64,000 nt of DNA from Octopus sinensis (taxonomy: Eukaryota), in NCBI RefSeq assembly GCF_006345805.1, contig NC_042999.1:108438001-108502000 (forward strand), in the 5' to 3' direction. Below the pieces are notes generated by a model that was given only the letters and a program-made list of their open reading frames with translations, did not search any database and was not told the origin of the DNA. This document shows positions 39,186-52,291 of this stretch, in pieces. How positions within the stretch are numbered: position 1 is the first letter of the stretch; every line of letters begins with the position of its first letter. The translations under genes and the position numbers were made by a program.

Positions 39186-40112
39186 GTAAGCTTGCCTCCC
39201 CACAATCATCATCATCATCATTATCGTCATTTGACATTTGTCTTCCATGTCAGCACAGGTTGGACTGTTTGACAGGAGCTGGCAAGCCAAAGAGCTGCAC
39301 CAGGTTCCATTGTCTGCTTTGACATGATTTCTACAGCTGGATGCACTTCCTAACACCAACCACTTTTCAGAGTGTACTAGGTGCTTGTTACGTGGCACCA
39401 TCCCCAGTGGGTCACCAAGTAACTTGCTGGGAGAGGGAGAGGGAATGGAACCAAGGGAAGTAGCTTTGTGCCAGCTCCAAACATAACTAAAGGATATTTA
39501 CTGACACAAATCACCACTAGTGTCCTCAAACTCTGAAGAGGGTTGGGGTATGTAATCTACCTTTTACTGGACCCTTTGGCTCCTTAAGAGGAGCAGCACA
39601 CCATGTTGCAAGCATTCATGTCAGTTTTCTGGTTTGGAGATCATCATCCCTTCCTCCAACTTGTTATAGAGGCCCTGAAAAGAGTCAAAGACACTGTCTT
39701 TCTTCCTCTGATTAACATATGTAGAAATTAATGATATTTTGTAAATTGGTTTGTGTTAAAAATAGCATCCAACCATAGAAACCATGCTAAGAAGTATATG
39801 TACAGAAAGAATGCCCAAGCAGTAGCTCTGTATAAGAACTAACTTAGATGATGACAAACCATCCAACTTATGCTAGCTTACAAAACAGATATAAAATAGA
39901 TATATTGATAAAGATGAAGATGCTGACAATAATGATGAATAAACTCAATAGTAGATACATTTTTCTTTCCATTTTAACAAAGCTGCAATGATTTTGTTGC
40001 CTTTCCAATGACTTCCATATCTGAAAAATGAAAGCTGTACAGTCTCCTTAGACATTGGCAGTAACTCTACTGCCAATGTTAAATATGTTTTAAAACTTCA
40101 GGACACTTTCAG

Positions 40113-40131
40113 ATTTGAAGCTTGGCTCTAT
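40113..40131 (+). CDS. Candidate 19-nt coding exon, copy 1 (FEAWLY)
   Basis: CACTTTCAG|ATTTGAAGCTTGGCTCTAT|GTAAGC; identical to 42974-42992. Confidence 0.4.
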
Positions 40132-41350
40132 GTAAGCAATAACTTCTAAAGTATATTCATTTCTCAACCTTTAGAATACAGTAGGAATAACTTTCTTTTA
40201 AAGATTACTTGTCTTTATGGTTCAAAAAACAAAAACGAAAAATAAATCATCTTATACCATTTTACTTTCTATTACTAATAATAGATTATTTTAAAAACAT
40301 CAGCAGCGGTAATGGGCTAGACAAAATACTTTGCTGAATTGAGTTATGTTCTTTTATATTCTGAGTTAAAACCTCTCTGGGGTTGACTTTGTCTTTCATT
40401 CTTACAGGGTCAATATATTACTCTCTGCCAAGTAACCTAATTGACTATACCCTCCTGCTCTCCTATAACTTGCGAACTTATGCCAAACTTAGAAATGTTA
40501 TTATTGTTATTATTATTTGGATAGTGGAGTTGTAGAATCAAGAGGAACGCTAGATAAAGTACCTTTTTAGCTTTTTGGTGTTTAGTTTGCACACAATTAT
40601 ATTCTCAGTTCAAATCCCACTGTGTCTATGAAATAAATAGCAGTAGAATATCAACAAAATAAATTCAATTACTTATACTACCCTGCTACAAATTATGGCT
40701 GTGTGCCAATATGAGAAGTATTAAATTATCAGATACAATGCCTTGTACTAATTTTGTTATGGCTTTTCATATTCTGGTTTCAAATCCCAAAGGGATCACT
40801 TTTACATTTCATCTCATCAGGGTCAATAAAAATTAGTACCAACCAAGTACTGGGGTTGATATAATTGACTGTTACACTTACTCTACATTTCTAAACCAAT
40901 GTTAGATCATCATCATCATCGTCATCATTATCATCATCAAGGCAGCGAGCTGGCTCATTAGAGTGTCAGAAAAATTGCTTTGCAGTATTTGTTCTGGATC
41001 TTCATGTTCTGAGTTCTAATTTTGCTGAGGTCAGTTTTGCCTTTCATCCCTGTGGAGTCAATAAAATAAAGTACTGAAGTTGATGGTATTACCCAACTTC
41101 CAACTACTAAAAATAGCTGATCTTGTGCCTGAATCATCAACATCATCATCATCATTATTATTATTATTAAGGTAGTGAACGGGCAGAATTGTTAGCACAC
41201 TGGAAAAATTGCTTAGCATTTCATCTGTCTTTACATTCTGAGTTCAAATTCTAACTTTGCATTCATCACTTGGGTCAATGTTATTGACTCACACCCACTT
41301 CCAAGCTTGCTGGCCTTGTGCCAAAATTTGAAACCATTATTATTATTATT

Positions 41351-41877
41351 GAGTGAGAGAACAGTACATGCCATCAAACTGACACTGGGGTAAAATATAC
41401 AAAGCCCAGTATACCCATCATAACTACCCGTCTGATAAGGGTACACTAGGCACATGCATCACAACCATATGTGACGACATGGTGTTCTCATATCAAGATA
41501 AACAGCACATGACCTTGTAGGTGGGGCCCAGTTAGAATTTTCTTCAGGTCGAATAACACATCTTGTTTAAGGATGTTGAACAAAACACCCATATTTCCAG
41601 AGGTAAATCATTCAAACCCCAAAGAATCCCTATCAACACATGGCTATGATGCTCCCCCACTACTTCTGCTCGTGATCAGAGATGCACATATCATCAGCTA
41701 CTAAGGAACATGGTCAACTGGTTAAGGTCAAACAACTGACAAGCAAATCTGTGGTATTGAGCAGAATATTTGCTGTGCCCCATCTTTTATACCAAGACAA
41801 AACAATGTACATGATAACACTTCCAATCAGTTAAGATCAGAAGCCATGAGAGCCACTACCTGGTACTGCATCAGGGC

Positions 41878-41879
<2 letters not shown>
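41351..41879. mobile_element. Family C element embedded in (ATT)n
   Basis: Homologous to 9343-9890 except for a deletion of about 20 bp. Confidence 0.8.
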
Positions 41880-41937
<58 letters not shown>

Positions 41938-42660
41938 GAGGCTTTGTGCCTATAGTAGAAAGGATTATTGTTGTTGTTATTGCTGTCACTACAATAATGG
42001 TAATCTAGTCAACTTGTGATAAATTGCATGACAACTTTAGTGAAATGTATAGATTGTGGGTGGACTACAAATGCACATCTTTGAAGCTGTTCTGCTTTCC
42101 ACTTAGAACCAAGTGCAATAATATCCAAGTATTTATTTCTGTTTCCTTTCCTAATGTTACAATTGAAGATAATTTCGAGCAGGGTATATTCTTTTCAGAT
42201 CAAACCAAGTTATTTCATGTTTACAATAAGCTACATTAAGAGGACAAAATGCCTGATATTTAAGGGAATCATTTTAGATTTGATTGGTGTAGATATGGAT
42301 GTTATCAAGTCTATTTATGTGATGCAGTTATTGATCAATCCATATGAGAATATTAACATATGTTCTGCATGATATTCAGAAACCATTTCTTGTTTACTTT
42401 CCAGAATAAAAAAGCATTATGGTAAATTATGAAGTGAAAATTTTAATATCACTTCAAATGAAAAATAGAAAAGGTTATTGTTTAAGTACTTATATGACAT
42501 GCAATCACACATACACACTCATTGCCAGTTGCTAGGGGTACTATGAAACTCATACCACAAGAAAGCAATTCAGTTTGAGTTTACTACATATATATCTTTA
42601 ATAAACAATACACTTTAAATCAACATTCGGATACATCATATATAGAAATATATATATATA

Positions 42661-42705
<45 letters not shown>

Positions 42706-42973
42706 TCTTTTATTGTTTTCAGTCACTTGACTTTGGCCATGCTGGAACACCACCGTTAGTCAAACAAATTGACCCCAGGAATTATTCTTTGTAAACCTAG
42801 TACTTATTCTATTGGTCTCTTTTGCTGAAATGCTAAGTTACTGGGATGTAAACACACCAACACATGCTGTCAAGTGATGGTGGGGAGACATTCACACACA
42901 CACACATACATACATACATACATACTTCTACTTCCAATGTTAAATATGTTTTAAAACTTCAAGTCACTTTCAG

Positions 42974-42992
42974 ATTTGAAGCTTGGCTCTAT
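42974..42992 (+). CDS. Candidate 19-nt coding exon, copy 2
   Basis: Same exon and splice sites as 40113-40131, inside a 161-bp duplication. Confidence 0.35.
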
Positions 42993-43094
42993 GTAAGCAA
43001 TAACTTCTACAGTATATTCATTTCTTAATCTTTAGAGTGCAGTAAGAATAACTTTCTTTGAAAGATCACTTGTCTTTATGGTTCAAAACCAAAT

Positions 43095-44106
43095 ACACAT
43101 ATTGAGGAGACTAAATTCACTAACAAAGAGTCAGTCCACCACTCTCTTCAAATTACCGATGACTGCGAAACTACACCCTCAAACCAGCCAGCCTTCAGCA
43201 GAACCTAGACACCATTTGCAATACCTATTATCAAGCTGGACTCCAGGTCAACACCAAGAAAACAGAGATCCTTCAACGCTCCAAAAAGGGTTCACCCCCC
43301 TGTGACTCTTTCGATCCAAGACAACCAGCTAAAGAACACGGAGAAATTCATCTATTTGGGTAGCATCTCAAGCAATCTCATTGACCACGAAATTCAGATA
43401 GGGTCTTCCTTAATCGTGATCTGAATCTCCCCACGAAAATCAAGGTTATCATGTTGTTGTGTTTTACATGCTTCTGTATGCCTCAGAAACCTGAACACTT
43501 TATTGTTGTCATATCAAACTCCTCGAATCCTTTCATATCTGCTGTTTCCAATGCATTCTTCCTCTGACCTGGAAGGACAAGATCTCACATACAGAGATCC
43601 TGAGACGAGCAAAATTGACCAGCATCAAATGCATGATCCTCGAATGCCAACTGCACTGGGTGGTGCATTTTATCAGGATGCCGGAAAACTGTATTCCCAA
43701 GATTATCCTTTTGGGGGAGTTAGCAGAGGGTAACTGACCACATGGAGGTTCAAAGAAGCGATATAAAGATCATCTCAAGAAATCTCTGAAGCTCTGCAAC
43801 ATCTTCCCTGGTGAACTTGAAACACTAGCCACAGACTGTACTACCTGGAGGGGTATGGTCAAAACTGGTTCACAACATTTTGAGGATGAGCAGACTAGAC
43901 TTCACGAAGAAAAGTGGAGACAGCTCAAGGAACATCATCAAAATTCTAGATGAGCTCATCTTCGTTGGAGCCCTCTTTGCTGCTCTCAGTGTAATCAGAC
44001 ATGTGCCTCCAGAATCAGCCTTTTCAGCGACGAGAGGGCCTGCCAACGCCATCAAGACAACCCCTAAGGATCAAAGATGACATCATCATCTGTCAGGATG
44101 GACTGC
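43095..44106 (+). mobile_element. 5'-truncated RTE (BovB-like) LINE
   Basis: The RT motif reads TDDC (F/YADD-like), followed by AGLQVNTKKTEIL, EKFIYLGS, LYASET, KKRYKDHLKKSLKLCNI and a C-terminal C..CNQTCASRISLFS zinc-finger-like end. It is frameshifted. Confidence 0.85.
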
Positions 44107-45799
44107 TTTAAGCAAGTAAGCATACACATATATACATACATATATAAACTTTTATATATATACTCATATGTATATATATAGGTTTGTTGATGCAAACAAG
44201 AAAAATAGAACTCAAAATATGAGTTTGATAAGTGCCAATGCATGGAGGTCTCAACCATGAGTCACTCTGTTGCTTCTGCTAAATAATATTAAAAAAACAA
44301 AACATATATTCACATATTTATATATTTATCTCTTTCTTTCTCTCTGTACTTGTATCAGCCCAATCTATTTTTAATGTTCGTTTTTGTTCACAAGAGAAAT
44401 GGATATAGATTAAATAGAGAAGTAATTATTAATGATATACATCCTCTTCTATAACCTATGATGACACCATATGAAATAACTAGATTTAATATTGAACTGT
44501 TTTTTTTTTCTAATCCCCACTATATTGAACATAAAGCTATACGTGGATAGTTCCCAGAGTATATCAGTTTTTCTATTAGATGTTGCTTGCCCCTCACTCA
44601 AACATTTTCCATTTCTGGAGAAAGTGATGGTATTAATGGTCTTCCATGTGTCTCCTTGTGGCGCAATTTAACTGATTCTGAGAAAAGAAACAAGTGAAAA
44701 TACTGAATTACTACTTGGGGAAAAAATATAATTGAACAAAGATTACATTGAAAACTTGTTTACAAAGAGAAACAGAAAATGCATAGAACACTTTTGGTAT
44801 CTTAAAATTTGTAAAAATCACGTAATTTTCTCATGTATAAGAAAAAAAATTTGCTTCATATGATTCCTGTAATTCACATTGTTGCCTTTTCTTGGTAGTA
44901 TTAGAAAGATAGATCATAAATTGTATTTGAAGTCCATTCATATATATATATATATATATATATATAAATTGCAACAAATTAATGATATTAGTACTGTTAC
45001 ATGAATCAATAAGTTATAAACCTGATCTAATAAGAGAGAACTTTGATTTTTGCCAATATATTATACATGAATCATACAATCCAATTACGAAAACTTCTGA
45101 AAAAGCAGCAAATCACCCTCAAATCACATCTCATTATCATAAAATGTAAAGACACTGAAGATAATGTAGTCTTTGGTAGCCTTGGAATGATGGGATTATC
45201 ATGGCTAGAATCCTTTTGATCAGAGCTCTATTCATTCAAGGCTGACCTTGGTTAAACAACGATAGCAACAATATGAAACAGTGTTCATGACTGCATTTTG
45301 AAACCTCTCAAATGAAATGCCTCCTCTTGCTTATGTAACAAGATACCAGTTTAACCTTGTAGTTGAGAAATTGCTTTTGTAATCTCTTCTGGGTTCAATC
45401 ATACTCTTTGGAACCATGGGCAAGTGTCTTCTACCATAACCCCTGGAGGACTCGAGTATTGTGAGTGAAGTTCAATAAAGTGAAAATAGAAGTCTGTCAG
45501 ATGGCTTGCACCTGCTCTTGGATAGTAGACTTGCTCTATTGATTAATATAAACTCATTATCTGAGTATGGATACTTTTAGTGAAGTTCATTTGGATTGGT
45601 AGAATTATTTGAGCATCAAATAGAATATCCTGCAGCATTTAGTTTCAGCCTATTGTATTCTGGGTTCAATTTCTATCAAGATTAACCTTGCCATTCATTC
45701 ATCCAGGGTCAATAAAATTATGTACTAGTTAAGTACCATTGCTGATTTGACTAAACAGTATCTTCCAGGATTCTTCAAGTAAGAAACTATGGCTGATTT

Positions 45800-47700
45800 G
45801 TTAAATAAATCTTCTTGGTGCTTCTTACACTTTAAGTTTAGATAAGGATGTAAAACAAATGGTCACAGTATTCTTATGAGGTGCTACAAAACCTAGGTAC
45901 TGCTAACATTGGAAGTCATAATGGTGGAACCATGCTACATAAGCCCTATTATTAAGATAAGCAGCACATTTGTCAATGTTCCTGATAAACATCAACAGAA
46001 GGAAAAAATGGACTCTGTTGAAAGCATTAAAACTAGATCACTAATCTGAGAAGAACTCTCCATCTCAAGGCATTGTTTCTATCTGAAGCAGCCTGTTTGC
46101 CATAAGTTTTGCTACCTGTCTTTCACCAGTCTTGGAAGCCCTGCAAAAAAATGTCATTAGTGTTCCTTTTCTTTCATTTGACCAAGCCTTTTTTATTTAA
46201 TTCTGTGTTACTGCCTCGACCTTGCTGTCATTGATGCATTGCATATTTATCAGCGACTTTTGGAAAACCACCAGAAATTAAGAGAAACAAGCTTGGTACA
46301 GCATTTATTCACTAAAGACATATGTATAATATCTCAAAGTCTCTTATGCCATATGACAATTAACTATGTCCTAATGCAAAATTAGGATGATTCAGCAACT
46401 ATGATAAACTTTTTCTCTTAGACAGTCTTTCATTAACCCTGTTATAACCATATCTTTTGAAAAATATAATGCATACGCTAGGTTGTTTTCTTTTATTAAA
46501 GAATTTGAAGAGAATTTGTAAAATGACTAACTTTTTCATTGTTATGCTGATAGCATTAGCTCCTCACATAATGATGATAGAATGTTTTGATATGAATATG
46601 AATACTTTATAATGTTATTGTTTTGTTTTACGTTTTTCTTAACTATGGTACCAGAGTCAGTTTCAGATAAGTTGTTTTAAAATAGTTAAAAATTTAAGAA
46701 TATTTTCTAGAAAATATTAATTACCAACATTTTCCCAAGTTATAAATTTGTTTAGAATTTTATGAATTTTTGTTCAATACTAAAATTTGAATTATCAAAA
46801 TACAATTATTATGTTTAATTCAAACAGAATTTTTTTTAAAATAAATATAGTAAATTTATGAAATCATTATTAAACTGTGTGTGTATTCTATCATTTACTA
46901 AAACGGTACATTTGTTGACAACTATACCCAAAGGAATCATTATTTTCTAACGAAATTAACACAACTCATCAGTATGCATACATATGACATACAAAATGTC
47001 AGAAAAGATTTATTGAAATGTAAAAAAAAGTAAGATATACTGAATCTGCATTGAATTCTTAGTTTTGATTTGTTTGGGTTTTCATTTATATGTTTCCACT
47101 GATGATTTTAATTCATGATGTCAACCAAGCAAGCAAACTCTTAATACAGTTTCCATTTTTGGCCTATAAAAAATAGCAATCTATCAGTTACATTGAATCA
47201 GCTGCCGCTGCTGCAAATCATCTCCTTCAACATTATCTGTTTCAATAAGGAGTGAGTCTACAGCATAAGAGATGCTGTGTACAAAACATTGGCCAATCTT
47301 CTTTCACTGCTTGTCTGTAGCAAGGTCAAATGCTTCATTAAATCTCAAATTACATCCAGCCAGGCCATCATTAACTTGTGAAATATGCTCTTTGCAAAGC
47401 TCCTTTGACATGATAAGGCTCTGCAGCTAAATGTTTGTAATTTGAAAGTCTGGTTTTCTCAGAGTATTCCCTGTCACAACTAATCAATTTGAACATAACA
47501 CACTTCTATCTAATAAAGTTTGCATTCTTTCAGTTATCTCTTCGTTATTTATTTTTTGTAGAATACTTGAAGTATCAATGTTAGAGCTGGGTCAATAACC
47601 CAAACCTGAGTTGCTAGACTTTCTCTTGGTATTGGCTGTATATACCTGATTCTGCCTGAGCATTGCATTTAAGATATGTGTGTGGAATATTCATCCACAT
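45800..47700 (-). mobile_element. Probable Academ-type DNA transposase remnant
   Basis: Long minus-strand frames with few stops give LIMSKELCKEHISQV..AFDLATDKQ*KKIGQCFVHSISYAVDSLLIETD and FFLLLMFIRNIDK..AYVAWFHHYDFQC*QYL. From memory these resemble the Academ motifs GHSISY..VE..ET and LLL.FIR..REG.W..L...WFF.YD..NY.RYL. Not verified by alignment. Confidence 0.4.
46437..46685. mobile_element. Degenerate piggyBac-type MITE nested in the Academ-like remnant
   Basis: TTAA|CCCTGTTATAACCA ... AAATAG|TTAA; the interior is similar to 6695-6916. Confidence 0.5.
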
Positions 47701-49392
47701 TCACACTGATTCAATACACTTAGTAAATAAGTTAATTAACTGAAAACTCATAGTTGGAAATTTTGGCAGATTTATAGACACAGGCTTGGTAATGTGGTTA
47801 AGAAGTTTGCTCTCAAACTATATCCAGCAGTTTATCGGTTCACCTATTGAAAAGTTATTGCCCATTATATTCCAGTTCTGGCTATCTCTCATTGTTATTT
47901 AGCCCATGGTTGGCTCAGACTGAAAATACCTATGGTCACAGGCATTCCAGTCACAACCATCCTGCTCTCTTTATTTGAGCATTGCCTACATAGGACTATA
48001 TTATCCAATGTGCTACTCTCTTTTCAAGGAATCATAATGAGGGACACACACACGGACATATGAACATTCACATGCACATGCAAGAATATGTAGGCATTAA
48101 GTTTTAAGACTGTTCAAATTCCTGGCAAATTTCCTTTCAAATACTTGCCAGTGGGCTCCAGCAGTCAGCACCAGCGAACTGTGATACAATCTAGGCTTCA
48201 ACTGACCAATGGAGGGGAAGAGCACATTGTTTGACCTATGCCCTCCTTTGACCTACCTTCCAAAAGAGTCATTTTTGATACAAAACCTCCTGTTATAAAA
48301 TTTTCAATATTTAAATCGAACTAACCAGTAATATTTTGACAAAACCCTATCTGATTACTTATACTAATAAATGAAGTTATTTTACTCACTAATTCAAAAT
48401 TTTTTATTACTTTCAAAATTAATTTAATGTGTCTTTCAACATACAAATCCATGTAGTATAGGGTAAATATAAGTAAACATTCAAATATCATCACTATCTT
48501 TCAAATCCTACTACATTTGATCTTGAACTTTTGGTCCTCCAAGGTCATTTTGGTGTATAAGTCTACCTACTTTTATTTTTACTGTAAATTTTTTTCTATG
48601 GTAACTTAATGGCTGTATTAGACTTGGTCATAAAAAGGGTGTTAACTAGAAGTTGTTGACAAATATTGTTTCAAGTGACATTCTTCAAAAGGGTTTAAAT
48701 TTTGTTCTGATGCAATTATAATTCAACTGAAAATTTTTTTATCATCAAAAAGTGTTGAATGTTTCTTAACTTCTTCATCTCAGTATACGTCCCAATAATG
48801 CTGGGAGGTGTTGTCACATCTTTGTTTTTTGATATGTTGTGAACAATCACAAGTCTCGTATTTGTACCCCCCCCCCATTCCAGTTTTTCTTTTTCTTTTG
48901 ACTAAGATTTGCAAACTAACAAGAATTGTCAAGCCAGCTAGAGGGACCACTACATGGTAAATGAAGTTACCAGAAATAAAAGTCAAATCTTCCTCAAATT
49001 CACTCTCCTGTCAAAGGGACTGACACGTTAAATAGTATAGTTCTATATACACTTTGTCTGAAAAGGACAGGATGATTATTAATGGAATGCTCTAAGTCAT
49101 TGATCTCTGCCTTATGAGGGTTGATCAAAGAAATCAACAGCAGCAACAATCTTGTATAATTCCTCACAAATGCAAGCTATACTCCCCCCCCCTTCCATGA
49201 AACAGAGGTCAACCAATTTAATTAAGAGTGAAATATTTCTTCTTGAGACATCACATATACTGGCAATGAGATCGAATGTAGGTGTCAGGTGTCAAGACAA
49301 ATTTTACACATTATAATATCTTTAATCCTTTTTCTCTCACTTGCATTCATTCAGAATGACGACACCGCTGTCTTTCTCTTTCTCATTCTTAG

Positions 49393-49399
49393 ATAAAAG
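49393..49399 (+). CDS. Candidate 7-nt microexon (I-K-G|)
   Basis: CTGTCTTTCTCTTTCTCATTCTTAG|ATAAAAG|GTGAGG has a very strong acceptor and donor; phase 0 to 1. Confidence 0.4.
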
Positions 49400-49493
49400 G
49401 TGAGGAGCGTGAAATGTTTGATTTTCCACTCCTTACAGCAATTGAACTTATCAAACTCTTCTATGAACTCTCCATAGAACTGATACTGTTAAG

Positions 49494-49540
<47 letters not shown>

Positions 49541-49849
49541 TATTGAAGGTGACAATCAATACAGTTCAATGTCTTTGAACTTCGGTTGTGCGTGTTATGT
49601 AGTAGTGGAGATTTGGGATTTTTTAATATTTTTTTAATCGTGTTTACTTGAAATGCTACTTTATCTATATTGATTGAATTATCTACCATCTCTTTACTGA
49701 GTTTAGAAGCTTACTTTGAACCAAGGTGTCTTCTTTATACTACATAAATGTTCTTTCTTCTGCTCAATTCTAAAATGTTAACTATATTATAAGCACCTGA
49801 ATTTCATAGCTAGGTCAGTAAAAAAAAATTCAAGTTGAAATAAGAAGTT

Positions 49850-50420
49850 GAAAACAATCCTGATGAAGATTCCTATTGTCTATAACTGATCACTGAATGT
49901 GTTTCTAAACCTTATATCATGGCATGCACTTTTATACATGATTTCAACAGCACCAAATGACTCAAATTTAGAGTCTTTATTGCAACTGGAACACTGTCAA
50001 ATACTTTCCTAAGTTGCCAAAGGCAAAGGATACTTATTTGCTTTTAAGTTCAGAATTTGTTTAGCATTATATCTGTAATCAATATATTTGATCTGAAAAC
50101 TGCAGCTACATTGAACAGCCTTTCTGCATTTATCCCCTATCTTAACTCCTCATCTGGCTATTATTCACAATCTTAAGATAATTAATATGGGCACTTCAAT
50201 TACAGCACTGTCTCAGAAGGGTATCAACTTTTTGTATTTGTAGAATGTTGTGTTTGAATAAATTTGGAAAAGGAATATTATCCTATCATTTGCTTTGTTA
50301 ATCACTACTCTTTCAGCACATCTTTCCAAGTTCAGTCAGTATTCCTCTTCCCATTTGGAAGAATATCTTGCACATATTGAACACACTCATCCATATCTAA
50401 TAATTTGGTTTATTACCAGT
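49850..50420 (-). mobile_element. Highly decayed RTE reverse-transcriptase fragment
   Basis: Minus frames give FAFGN/LRKVFDSVP (an AF.DL.KAFD.V motif) and IMYKSACHDIRFRNTFSD. Confidence 0.5.
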
Positions 50421-52241
50421 AAAATTTAGCTTTTCTGACATGCTAATATTTTTATCACTTTCAGTGTTATCTTCTTTTCTGCTTGTGAATTCTACCTTTT
50501 CACAAAAATGTAAAGAAGGAAATGCACATCTTTATAGGATAGGATGGTAATTCATTTGTACATTCTAAAAACAATTATAAACATAGCTCACAAAAATGAA
50601 AAATGAGATATCATTAGTTATCACATCATCTAAAAGAAGCAAAATTCTTAGTATTTTCCAAATGAATAAGGCAGAAAAAGAGAGAGAGAGAGAGATACTT
50701 AAAAACTAGGCCACATCTCCCTCTAGCAAGCTATTGTCAGCTTTGAGTTTATAACCTAATTTCATGAGACATAACTTTGCTCTGAATACAATTTTGGATT
50801 TTTGTTTCCCCCTTTTTTTCTTTTTCTTTTTTCCATGACCCCATTGTTTCAGCAATCAAACTGAATTTATATACTACAGTTCCATTAATTCATCGTAATC
50901 CAGAATAACCAGCTGCAAGGCAAAAGATTTACATTAATGTTTTGAAATATACTTTTGTTCATTTATCAATTTCTAAATATTTTGACTTACTTCAAGAAAG
51001 TGTGAGCATATACATTTAACTATATTCACGAATCTTTGCTCACAAAAATATTCATTTATATTCACTCTCTTACCTTCTGTCAATCTCCATTTACATGCTT
51101 TTTTCACTGTATCTTAAACAGATTTGTCTTCAAGTGTACTATTGTTTTGAAAGCGGTTTAAACCCAATTACTCTTTTGGGGGCCAGTGATGATGTTGATA
51201 AAAGAACATTTACTAAACATCTATTATCTTCTTCTGTAGTATTTTGATAAATTGGAATTTGTGATAGAAAATGGCTTTGTTAGATGAATTACAAGAACAG
51301 TGACTATCTTATTAGTATCTTATTGTCAGACCAATGGTTGGATAAAATTCTATGAATATTTCTCAGATTAGCTAATATGGTGAGAGTAAATATATTAAAT
51401 GTGTGAGCAATATCCAGCTAAAATTATCTTTTGGCATTAGGAAGGAAACCTGGCACTCATGAATCTATGTCATCTCTTGGCACATTATTGCTGATCATAA
51501 AATGTAAGGATGTATGAGATTATGTAAACAAAGGAAGAAATAATAAGATCTTGTTTCTTCAGTTGACATTAAAAGAGCCTAACATTATCTAGTACTTATT
51601 GTAAGATGTTTTGGAGGATATGTAAGCTTGGTGACAAGCGTCAAGAAGATCACAATACCTGTGTGCATTGATCAAAAAGAATTGCAGGTGATGTCATTAA
51701 CAAGAATGTGTGTTTAACTGGAGATTGTGCACAATAAATAGGTCATTTATATAGAAAACATAGACAGATAACTAAGATGTTTTTCTTTATTGATGAGGTG
51801 TAAATTAAAGTGAGTATTTTCAATAGTTATTGGAGTGTAGAACCTTCTACAGACACTTCCATCCCAGTTAGGTTTTAGTGGATCCCATCATAGACAATTT
51901 CTAAAAGGAATTTCTTATACCAGACATGATTGATAGTTTTGTTAATGTCATTGTGACAAATAGGCTCTTGCTGAGGACATGATTTACTGTGTCTGTATGA
52001 TGCATAGGCATTTTATATCCATGTAATCTGGTTTTACAGAATTTGAACTAGTGGTTGCTGAACAGGGAAAATGAGTCCAAGAACAATCATGTAAGATGAC
52101 GTCATCAGCTTAGATGTGTGGAATTTGAGGAGAATTGTCTAGTTGTTGGCAGAATGTGAAAGTTTATCATTCTTGAGAAATGAAACACAAAGTTTGACAT
52201 TTCCATATATTTTATATATTCCCTTATTTTTTATTTGGCAG

Positions 52242-52291
52242 ATGAATTCAAAGGGAAAACTACAATTCACAAATTACTGATAATTGCTCAT
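52242..52291 (+). CDS. Candidate 50-nt coding exon (DEFKGKTTIHKLLIIAH)
   Basis: CCTTATTTTTTATTTGGCAG|ATG...GCTCAT|GTGAGT; only one frame (phase 1 to 0) is open. Confidence 0.5.

Noticed and set aside
47190-47420. Apparent minus-strand exons (EPYHVKGALQRAYFT; DSLLIETDNVEGDDLQQRQLIQ)
   Set aside because: They are better explained as one continuous decayed transposase frame, and one implied intron would be only 28 bp.
48784-48807. Exon that would create a Walker A-like IMLG-DEFK-GKTT when joined to 52242
   Set aside because: The donor (GTGTTG) is weak and the downstream peptide is hydrophobic with no other NTPase motifs, so it is probably coincidence.
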